Below are positions 53,779-62,437 of a stretch of DNA of 64,000 nt, one piece after another. Made by a program: the position numbers and the translations under genes. Source of the stretch: an uncultured virus (IMG/VR IMGVR_UViG_2061766007_000865) (Duplodnaviria; Heunggongvirae; Uroviricota; Caudoviricetes); IMG/VR virus record IMGVR_UViG_2061766007_000865; one strand, given 5' to 3'. Position 1 is the first letter of the stretch. Each line of letters opens with the position of its first letter. A model generated the notes under the pieces. It was not told the DNA's origin and searched no databases. It was given only the letters and a program-made list of their open reading frames with translations.

Positions 53779-55231
53779 ACTGATGGGTTCAACTTCCAGA
53801 TGCCAAAAGAGGAAGAGTTCCGCTATACCAAGGAGCACCCATACATCTCTACTGGTGAAGGACGTAACTCCGTCAAAGGTAAAGAATATACACGTGTGGA
53901 CGCTGACGTGGCAGAGTTTGAAGACTTGTTCTTGAACAAACCCTATAACGGCGGNNNNNNNNNNNNNNNATGAATATTGTGATGCTTGTATTCAATTTGC
54001 GAGAAAAAACTATGGGGATTTGATGCCAGACGGCAGTACAAAGAAAGTGGGTAATACAATCAAGTCACGCAAGATGTCTGGATATCTTGAGACCTTCATT
54101 GATGAAGGTGTTAACTTGCTTTTGCACAACAATGGTTATAAGTTCTTGTCGAATTATTATGGTTATATCGAGAAGATATATAACTATCAGATTCCAATCA
54201 GAGATATTGCATCAAAGGGTAATATCAAGAAGACCCTAAAGGAATATCAAGACGATTGTAATACACTTACCAAGGCTGGCTCAAAGAAATCACGCCAAGC
54301 TTGGTATGAGCTTGCACTTAGGGGAGGTCTTACGCCAAACGTAGGTGATACTGTGTATTATATCAATACTGGTACAAAGAAAGCTCATTCAGACGTTAAG
54401 CGTGTTACACACTACTATAATTACGTTGATGGCGAAAAGGTTGAGATAACAAAAGAATTGGAGAAAGCATATAAGGCTTACACCAAGGAACTGCCAAAGG
54501 GGGCAAAGGATAAGAAAAACAGACTCGAAATAGCTAGAGAGAAATTTGGGGCGAAAGTATTCGATGAGGATGAAATCATACTTAACTGTAAGCTAGTGCC
54601 AAAGGAGATTCTCGATACTGAGGATGATGTTCTTTGCAGTGATTATGAGGGGCTTGAGTACAATGTTGAGAAATACATTGACCAGTTCAACAACAGAATC
54701 AAGCCATTGTTGGTATGTTTCCACCCAGATATTAGGGATAAGATACTTGTGACCAATCCAAAGGACAAGAAGTATTTTACTGAAGAGGAATCAAAGCTTG
54801 TAAGCGGTTATCCAAACAAGGAGGGAGACCAAGACACATATGAGCAGTTGATGACTCTTGAGAGGAAGGAAATCGAATATTGGCTCAAGATTGATGAAGT
54901 GCCACCATTCGTTAAGGAATGCGGAATCGATTGGGGTGTTCTTGTTGAAAACTATAAGAAAGAGAAGGAAGAAGAGAATAACGCTCTATTCCAAGAGGAA
55001 AACAAAAAATACCTTGAGGCGCTTGAGGGAATCACAAACGATGAGGTTGATGAATTCGAGACAGAAGGTGTGATACCAACAAGACTTTCCTCACTAGTAA
55101 CCCTTAATGCATCAGACATGAGATTATACTTCAAGAAGATTCCAAATAAGACCCCCTCAACTGGTGGTTTCGTCTTCGATGATATACAGTATAACTATGC
55201 TGAGAGTGTGGATGCACTTGCAGATTTCTAA
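53680..55231 (+). CDS. polB: Family B DNA polymerase, C-terminal half preceded by split intein C-fragment (one gap)
   Basis: Extein begins 'TDGFNF' (rest of motif C); later 'ARKNY', 'KKVGNTIKS', 'GDTVYYINTG', 'YNVEKYIDQF'. Confidence 0.9.
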
Positions 55232-55236
55232 ATATC

Positions 55237-55270
55237 AAAAAAGAGCAGCCTTGGTTGGTTGCTCTTTTTT
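55237..55270. terminator. Bidirectional terminator
   Basis: aaaaagagcagcc-ttggtt-ggttgctcttttt. Confidence 0.75.
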
Positions 55271-55798
55271 CTATTTATAGTTTATCATTTTAAAATATTT
55301 ATTGAAATTGTGGTCGGAATCACATAAAGGAAAAAACATATAAAGATATTCGTCAATATATATGTCAAATCCCCAACCCTCACCATACTCATGACCATCT
55401 ATGCATTTATACCTATTACCTTTTATGAATTTACGTATAGAGTTCCACTCATAGTCTTTTATGCACTCGCATTCTGAAAAATTACTTGTATCATGTTTCG
55501 GCANNNNNNNNNNNNNNNNNNNNNNNNNNNNNNNNNNNNNNNNNNNNNNNNNNNNNNNNNNNNNNNNNNNNNNNNNNNNNAAAAATAAGTAACTTTTATT
55601 AACAATAAACAGTTATTGTTTTATATTTTTAGAGAAATTGTAAAAATTTGAAACAAACTATGTTTTTTCTAATTAATTATAAAATATTATTGAAAAGATT
55701 ATGTTGNNNNNNNNNNNNNNNNNNNNNNNNNNNNNNNNNGAATATATGAGAAGAAATAAAAGATTAAGAAAATTAGGATACCTAGGATAACAAATAAT

Positions 55799-55829
55799 AA
55801 AAGAGCAGCCTCGACTAGCTGCTCTTTTT
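55799..55829. terminator. Bidirectional terminator
   Basis: aaaagagcagc-ctcgacta-gctgctctttt. Confidence 0.75.
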
Positions 55830-55865
55830 GCGTCAATATGTATATCATTCCCAAAATTATAATAT

Positions 55866-57602
55866 TTATTCAGATTTTTTTAATGGTTTCCAGCCTCTTT
55901 TTGCCATTTTAGCGAAGTTAGCTCTCTTACGAGTTAACGGATTCTTTGAATGGGTAAGTTCTTCGGTAGATTTACCAGTAGCCTTCTTGGTTGCTGTAAA
56001 TTTTCCCTTATTCTCTGGCTTAATCTCTATTCCACTATCGCCTTCTTCTACATTCTCAGAAGGGTTGAATTCCTTTTTACCAGCATCATATCCTTGTTCT
56101 TGTGCCCTGAAAAGTTGCTCAGCCTTCTTGTCGTTATTGTTCTCAGAATGTGATTGATACAAAGTCCTAGCCCCCTTGTGAGGGTCTTTGTCTCTGAAAC
56201 TCTGACGTGCAGCCAACTTTCCAACCTTATATGCCCCCTTTAAGGAGTCACCGTATTCATTGATAAGCTTCATTGCAGCTTCCTTGACAATGGTCTTCAA
56301 CTCTTCCTCAGTAACCTTCTTGCTTTCTTTGGACTCATTCGTGGAATATTTATTTTCACCATATCCATAAAACTCATCCTTATAAGCATTATGCATATTT
56401 TCAGCCTCAGATTTTTTTATTATATCCCTTATTGATTCTATATCATTATAATTCAAATGGAATTTATCACCTACTGCCTTACGGATTTCTTTATCCAATG
56501 CAATATCAGCATAGTTGGCAGCATCTAACCCCCTATTGAAATACCCATTAACCTTATCATTACCACCTTCAATACCATTACGTTTAAGGTCTGCACCCAA
56601 CTTCGAACCTTGAGCCATACGCCTTCCACTTAATCGCATCAAAGCCTCCCTTCCTTGAGGGGTGTCACCAATCTCAGTAATTAACTTGATTGTAGCTTCC
56701 TTGATAACTTGTTTAAGTTCTGATTCAGTTAACTTTATATTCTTGTTTTCCAATACACGGTTAGATTTTGGCCAGAGAACAATACAAGTGTCATAACTAG
56801 AGAATGGGTCTTCCATTGTGCCAGCTGCCATACACTTAATATATCCATCAATGTTCATACCATCTTCAAACATAATCTTTACAGCATACTGCTTTGAACG
56901 TGGCATACCATCTTCAGCGTAATCACAATAACCACCGTCTGACTGCATGCTATCAGCATTTGCCATATGTGCGCAAGGCTTCATTTCAACCTCACAACCC
57001 AATGATGCGATTGCTCTGTAATAATCTGAAATTGCTTGCCAATTCTCATCATGATAAACCTTCGAATCAATACCATACTTCTTTACAATTCTGTAAATCT
57101 GGTTAATTCTAGCCTTCATCGTCTTTGGTCTTCTACCTATGAACTTGTCAACCTCATCATGTTTGCTCAAGTTCTTTGGCATTGACTCGTTAATCTTCTC
57201 TCTAAGTCTGTTTTTAAGCTCTTCCTTAAGCGTAAAGTTAACCAAGTATAACTTCCTCTGCATAGTGCCAATAAACGCCTCGCACTCGCTCTTAATACCA
57301 ATGTACTTCTCACCCATATCATCAAGTTCTTTCAAGAACTCTTGAGATGAAGAAATGACTTCCTCAACAAATGGCTTTAATTCAACCCTCTCAGCCTTCT
57401 CTGGGTTTAATTCACCATTCTTAAACTTGCCGCTTATGGACTGCTCAACCTCAGAAACCAAATCCTCGAAGTCAGATATTTCACTTGCAATGTCATCACA
57501 TAGCTCATGCTGAGATAAACTGTTCGCAGCCCAATGGTTCTCCTTGATTTCAACCTTCCATTTCTCACATTTATTAATGAAATTAAGAATCGTCTTGTTC
57601 AT
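55866..57602 (-). CDS. Multidomain virion protein: N-terminal ferritin/Dps-like domain, two internal LTES-type spacers, basic C-terminal domain
   Basis: 'HWAANSLSQHELCDDI...EDLVSE'; 'IKLTESELKQVIKEATIKLITE' and 'KVTEEELKTIVKEAAMKLINE'. Confidence 0.65.
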   Translation of the reverse strand: MNKTILNFINKCEKWKVEIKENHWAANSLSQHELCDDIASEISDFEDLVSEVEQSISGKFKNGELNPEKAERVELKPFVEEVISSSQEFLKELDDMGEKYIGIKSECEAFIGTMQRKLYLVNFTLKEELKNRLREKINESMPKNLSKHDEVDKFIGRRPKTMKARINQIYRIVKKYGIDSKVYHDENWQAISDYYRAIASLGCEVEMKPCAHMANADSMQSDGGYCDYAEDGMPRSKQYAVKIMFEDGMNIDGYIKCMAAGTMEDPFSSYDTCIVLWPKSNRVLENKNIKLTESELKQVIKEATIKLITEIGDTPQGREALMRLSGRRMAQGSKLGADLKRNGIEGGNDKVNGYFNRGLDAANYADIALDKEIRKAVGDKFHLNYNDIESIRDIIKKSEAENMHNAYKDEFYGYGENKYSTNESKESKKVTEEELKTIVKEAAMKLINEYGDSLKGAYKVGKLAARQSFRDKDPHKGARTLYQSHSENNNDKKAEQLFRAQEQGYDAGKKEFNPSENVEEGDSGIEIKPENKGKFTATKKATGKSTEELTHSKNPLTRKRANFAKMAKRGWKPLKKSE

Positions 57603-57608
57603 ATCTAA

Positions 57609-57995
57609 TTATATTTCTTCTTCATTTATGTTATTTTCATCAACATTCTTCTTTCTCTTTCTTTCTCTTTCTGCCCTCAAGTCAGCAATGTCTTCCTCTG
57701 CCTTGGCTTGAAGCTTCTCACCCTCAACCCAAGAACGTGTCTTCATGCGAGAATCAGTATATGCCTTTGGCAAACCACTACCAAGTATGCATGTGCTGCT
57801 AGCAACCACGAACCATGCAAGGTCACTCATGTCGGTATCAACCTTGCCGTCATACATCACATCATAAATGATGACAAAACAAGCAGATAGTCCTACCAAA
57901 AGGGTCATGAATGCAGATGCCAACACACTTATGCTGTTGACACTCATTGATGATTTATCATCAATCGCCGCCTTTATGTTCCTAAATAATCCCAT
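57609..57995 (-). CDS. Two-TM membrane protein, holin-like candidate
   Basis: Two hydrophobic segments and a charged C-tail; late motif upstream. Confidence 0.45.
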   Translation of the reverse strand: MGLFRNIKAAIDDKSSMSVNSISVLASAFMTLLVGLSACFVIIYDVMYDGKVDTDMSDLAWFVVASSTCILGSGLPKAYTDSRMKTRSWVEGEKLQAKAEEDIADLRAERERKRKKNVDENNINEEEI

Positions 57996-58025
57996 ATGAT
58001 ATAAATAGTTTTTAAATGCATAAAA

Positions 58026-59264
58026 TTAACCAACATCAGACTCTTCCTCGAAATAATCATCTCTTATATATTCCTTCTCATATTCAGTTAATTCCCTCTG
58101 CATATAAGACATTAACTTATTGAGATATTCTTCTTTCTTTTTTCTTTCTTCTTCGTTAGTTAAATCCCACGATAAATTCCAAGTAAAATTGCTTAACAAA
58201 TTGATTAAAACACTACCCCATGTCTTCTTTCTTGGAACATAATTCACCCAATAATATGCACCATATTCATCGATTAACTTGGCATATCCCCTTGAATCAT
58301 CACCATTAATGAATTTATCTGCCACTGGGTCATCCCAATACCCATTAGGATTCTTAATATACACCATCCTTAAGTATCTCTTAATCAACTCTGGACCTAA
58401 TTTCTTTACTGAATACGAATCCAACACATTCCCACTGTCAGTATAATTCTTTAACACCCTCAATGCCTTGTTCAATGGCATGTCATTCAATTTGTCATAC
58501 CAACCAATATATTCACCCCTCAATGAATCAACAACCTCATCACCATACCCTTGCATAGCTACGGTATCATCATAAGAAGAGTCCTTATAACCAGTGAATA
58601 AGCTGTTTGGCTTAACCTCCTCCATTTCACTATCTGTCTTTGATAAATCATATATCACACTACCATGCTTAGTATTATCATAATAATCAACACCACTCAC
58701 ATTAACACCATTGTAACCATTCCACTCCATGAATACAGTTGAAAAACTCTGCATACCCTCATGTCTCTGAGCCATCCTCGTCAATTCAAAATAACTAGGA
58801 CATCTTAATCCTAAAGCTTCAGCGTTCCTCTTTATAATCTGATAATTCTCAGCATTATCATAATTGGCACTCTTAGGATTGTAATAGCCTTGACAAGCAA
58901 TCTTGTTGTACATGTTGTTAAGATTCCTCATCATGGTATATAATATGTCACCTTGCTTCTTGCTCCTAACCCTATATAAATTCTTATAAAGGTCAAAATC
59001 AACACGATATACATGGTCATGAACCTCAATGAAATTAGGATTCTGATTCTTGCTCAATACACCATAATTATCAATATCCTTCACGTCACGATATGTGGAG
59101 AAATATGTGCCAGAACCAAAATGACCAGTCTCACGACCACCCATCTGACGCTTGTTGTCACTATAGTAAGGTTCTCCGTTATGACTCTTTCCAAAATGGA
59201 AGTTCCACTCAGATTCCTTCAATGTACCATATTGCTTTGAGGTTATATATACTTTCTTATCCAT
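58026..59264 (-). CDS. ART-like late protein with degenerate leader
   Basis: MDKKVYITSKQYGTLKES; 'NFHFG', 'GHFGSGTYFST', 'GYNGVNV...SVIYD'. Confidence 0.55.
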   Translation of the reverse strand: MDKKVYITSKQYGTLKESEWNFHFGKSHNGEPYYSDNKRQMGGRETGHFGSGTYFSTYRDVKDIDNYGVLSKNQNPNFIEVHDHVYRVDFDLYKNLYRVRSKKQGDILYTMMRNLNNMYNKIACQGYYNPKSANYDNAENYQIIKRNAEALGLRCPSYFELTRMAQRHEGMQSFSTVFMEWNGYNGVNVSGVDYYDNTKHGSVIYDLSKTDSEMEEVKPNSLFTGYKDSSYDDTVAMQGYGDEVVDSLRGEYIGWYDKLNDMPLNKALRVLKNYTDSGNVLDSYSVKKLGPELIKRYLRMVYIKNPNGYWDDPVADKFINGDDSRGYAKLIDEYGAYYWVNYVPRKKTWGSVLINLLSNFTWNLSWDLTNEEERKKKEEYLNKLMSYMQRELTEYEKEYIRDDYFEEESDVG

Positions 59265-59389
59265 TTCTTATAAACATTTCAACCTATAAATAGTTAATTA
59301 TACTTAAAACCTCCCCATNNNNNNNNNNNNNNNNNNNNNNNNNNNNNNNNNNNNATATTATAAAGAAAACATAAGAATGATTAAGTACA

Positions 59390-59767
59390 ATGAATGAAGT
59401 AGTAGCAGTAAAAACACTAAGAAAAGAGATACTAAAGGATTTTTTCATATTTCTGAAAAAAAAACATGCCTACGTCCAATTTAGAAGGAACATAGCAGAT
59501 GCCGTCATCCGAGAAGAACATTCCTATAAATCCAAAGAGGAACGCAAGAAGATTTGGTATGATGCATTCCATTATGGCATCCATATAAGAATATTACATA
59601 ACGGATTTGTTAAACTGACCTATCCGATTTGCCTAGAATTAATTAACTATGCATTCTTCTGGGATGGAACACCAGAGAGACATAAGTTCTGGTTCACCCT
59701 CAACACAGAATGGCAAGATATTGTCATGAAGAAATACGGAACATATAGAGCCGATTTAAATAAATGA
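59390..59767 (+). CDS. Small paralog family A, copy 1
   Basis: 'IL.DF..FLK...AYV..RRN.A' and 'AF.W..T.E...FW..L..EW' shared with 59782. Confidence 0.65.
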   Translation: MNEVVAVKTLRKEILKDFFIFLKKKHAYVQFRRNIADAVIREEHSYKSKEERKKIWYDAFHYGIHIRILHNGFVKLTYPICLELINYAFFWDGTPERHKFWFTLNTEWQDIVMKKYGTYRADLNK

Positions 59768-59781
59768 ATTAAAGATAACAC

Positions 59782-60129
59782 ATGAATAAAGAATTACACG
59801 ATAAGATACTGAGAGACTTCATTCACTTCCTTAAGGAACATAACGCATATGTGAAATACAGACGCAACATGGCAAAGTTCATTGTGTCATGTGAGAAAGG
59901 CATAAACGCAAATTATGTTGACCATTGTTGTAGTGCCTTCCTTAGAAATCTAAATGGACACCCACTTCTAAGAAATATAAGGGCAAGTATAAACTATCGC
60001 AATCTACTCCTTGATGCCTTCGATTGGGGTAATACGGCAGAAGGGGCAGTGTTCTGGTGCTTCCTAGACGATGAATGGGGAAAAATCTGCGATAAACAAG
60101 AAAACATCAAAATAAGATATGGAAAATAA
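59782..60129 (+). CDS. Small paralog family A, copy 2
   Basis: Same motifs as 59390. Confidence 0.65.
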   Translation: MNKELHDKILRDFIHFLKEHNAYVKYRRNMAKFIVSCEKGINANYVDHCCSAFLRNLNGHPLLRNIRASINYRNLLLDAFDWGNTAEGAVFWCFLDDEWGKICDKQENIKIRYGK

Positions 60130-60382
60130 CTACATCTGCTTCGAATCATTAGGAGCACACCTCAGAAACCTACTGACACCATATGCAACACTAATAGGCA
60201 TAGTGGACGAAATACTCACAGCAAAGAGAGAAGGCGACGAGGAAAAAATGAATAAACTCCTCGATGCACTCAAAACGTATGAGTTCAATAACATACAAGA
60301 CATCATCGAATTCTCCCATATTGAACTCATGGAAGAGGGAAATTGGCGCAACTCCAAACTATTCCAATCAAAAAATGAATAA
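60119..60382 (+). CDS. Hypothetical protein
   Basis: 87-aa ORF overlapping both neighbours. Confidence 0.55.
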   Translation: MENNYICFESLGAHLRNLLTPYATLIGIVDEILTAKREGDEEKMNKLLDALKTYEFNNIQDIIEFSHIELMEEGNWRNSKLFQSKNE

Positions 60383-60794
60383 TACAGAAAAATATATCAC
60401 CACAATCGGTGAACTCAATAAACACATAGGGGAAATCGTTGTCTGCTTCTATTATAAAGACTATGATGAGGAATATTATGACAGCAGTTTTGTCAGACCA
60501 TATGATGAGGAGAATATCTCATACATGTGGGCTCTCAAATTAGTGAAACCTATCAATGGACCACTAGAACTGAACCCTAGATACCAAGACATCTATGGAG
60601 AAGATTTTGTGTGCTTAATAGATATAAAAACCCATAATAAAAAAACACCATACTTCATGAAACATGAGCAATCTTGCAATGCTCAAGCATACGTTAGACT
60701 CGCTACAAAGGAAGAACTAGCCAAATACAGAAACGTACTAAGATATATAAGAATATTTGGAAATGACACACATAAAAACAATAAAAGAACTTAA
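60375..60794 (+). CDS. Small paralog family B, copy 1
   Basis: 'ITTIGELNKHIGE...VRLATKEELAKYRNVLRYIRIFG'. Confidence 0.65.
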   Translation: MNNTEKYITTIGELNKHIGEIVVCFYYKDYDEEYYDSSFVRPYDEENISYMWALKLVKPINGPLELNPRYQDIYGEDFVCLIDIKTHNKKTPYFMKHEQSCNAQAYVRLATKEELAKYRNVLRYIRIFGNDTHKNNKRT

Positions 60795-61131
60795 ACAACA
60801 TATAGGAGATGTCATAGCCTTCTCATACATAGCTGAAGGCAAAGAGACACTCTATCTGAAAAAACTAACTAGATTCTATACTGATGGGAGAGAACTCAAC
60901 GATGAGGATGAGATACCACCAAACGCACTTATGGTATACGGTACTCATATGATGATATTTAAATCTCGATACGCAATCATAAAAACACCATTTCTATCCC
61001 ATCTCGATGTAGAAACAATGTCTAATCTCTTTAGCATAATCAGAATACCAACTAAGGAAGAAATGAACATCTACAGAAACATATTAAGATACGTAAAAAT
61101 ATTTGGAAGAAAATATGAATACATCCGTTAA
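60763..61131 (+). CDS. Small paralog family B, copy 2
   Basis: 'IKTIKELKQHIGD...IRIPTKEEMNIYRNILRYVKIFG'. Confidence 0.65.
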   Translation: MTHIKTIKELKQHIGDVIAFSYIAEGKETLYLKKLTRFYTDGRELNDEDEIPPNALMVYGTHMMIFKSRYAIIKTPFLSHLDVETMSNLFSIIRIPTKEEMNIYRNILRYVKIFGRKYEYIR

Positions 61132-61176
61132 ACAACAAATANNNNNNNNNNNNNNNNNNNNNNNNNNNNNNNNNAT

Positions 61177-61587
61177 ATGAATATTACAGAAACATATATC
61201 AAGACAACTGATGAACTCAATAAATATAAAGGACAACTCATAGTCTGTCATAGCAATTGGGATGCAGAACGAATGAAAATGCCCTACTTCACGTGGATGG
61301 GAGAACTCGTTGGCATTTATCCATGCAAAGAGGATAATAATCTCGTGAAAAATAAAACCTTGGCAATTAAAAATGTGGTGGGGTCACTCTCGTCTTGTAG
61401 AAAATGTGTCGATTCTAGAGGTCAAATACTAGCAATCAATGACTACACGGTGGTGAGACCCCCAACAAAAAAAGAAAAGGATAAATATGCAGCATTTCTA
61501 AAACATAAAAAAGCACTCTATAGATATAAAAAAATATTTGGAAAAGATAAACATAGACATATAAAAAAAAGTAATATACAACTATGA
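61177..61587 (+). CDS. Small paralog family B, copy 3
   Basis: 'IKTTDELNKYKGQ...VRPPTKKEKDKY...YKKIFG'. Confidence 0.65.
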   Translation: MNITETYIKTTDELNKYKGQLIVCHSNWDAERMKMPYFTWMGELVGIYPCKEDNNLVKNKTLAIKNVVGSLSSCRKCVDSRGQILAINDYTVVRPPTKKEKDKYAAFLKHKKALYRYKKIFGKDKHRHIKKSNIQL

Positions 61588-62041
61588 AATTCTTTAAAAA
61601 AATCTATACAATCATAGTATTAATATTAAACGTACTCATTAGAAGAAAAAAATATACACTACATTTTATCGCAGAAAATATGCCTCCCCTCAAAAGATGG
61701 TACTACGATTTCCCACACTGGGGATTCGACCACGCTAACCTAGAAATGGTCAGTGGGGCTGATACACTTTGCGAATACTACGCAAAAGGTAAAAATGAAC
61801 TCACAATAGACATCACAGCCTCAAATAAACCAAGACAGTACTGCATGAACTTCTGTGACGAATTCGTAGGCGAACCACTACCNNNNNNNNNNNNNGATAC
61901 CTATATGGTAGAAACTATACACACTATGACCTTAACGATGGACATAAAGTGAGAATGTGGATTTGCCCAGTCACACTGTTCGTCCTAGGCAGATACCCAA
62001 AATATCTATATATCAGAAGAGGATTAATGATTGATGAATAA
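61584..62041 (+). CDS. Hypothetical protein (DUF6717-like), spans a gap
   Basis: 'WYYDFP...LEMVSGADTL' and, after the gap, 'MWICPVTLFVLGRYPKYLY'. Confidence 0.5.
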
Positions 62042-62047
62042 TATATT

Positions 62048-62404
62048 ATGAATATCACTACAATTGAAGAACTCAAAAAACATATCGGAGAATTTCTAGC
62101 TTTCGAATCTCATAGCCCAAACGGACATCTTACATATGTCTGGATTCAAAAACTACAAAAAGTAGGCACTAAAGCTATTATCTCATTTGGAAAATCTGAA
62201 ATCTACCACCTACCATGCTATAGCCTCTTCTCAGCAGAAGTGTATCCCAATAATGAACCATATAGCGGAATATATTCAGATAGTAAAAACATATATGAAC
62301 TGTACCATACAAACGCACAAGACGTAATCAGAACACCTACAAAGGAGGAAATGAAAAAATATATGATGATGTGGAGAAAATATAGAATACTAGGACATTA
62401 TTGA
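62048..62404 (+). CDS. Small paralog family B, copy 4
   Basis: 'ITTIEELKKHIGE...IRTPTKEEMKKY...YRILG'. Confidence 0.65.
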   Translation: MNITTIEELKKHIGEFLAFESHSPNGHLTYVWIQKLQKVGTKAIISFGKSEIYHLPCYSLFSAEVYPNNEPYSGIYSDSKNIYELYHTNAQDVIRTPTKEEMKKYMMMWRKYRILGHY

Positions 62405-62437
62405 ATAATGAGAAATAAAATGCGCAACTACATTAAG

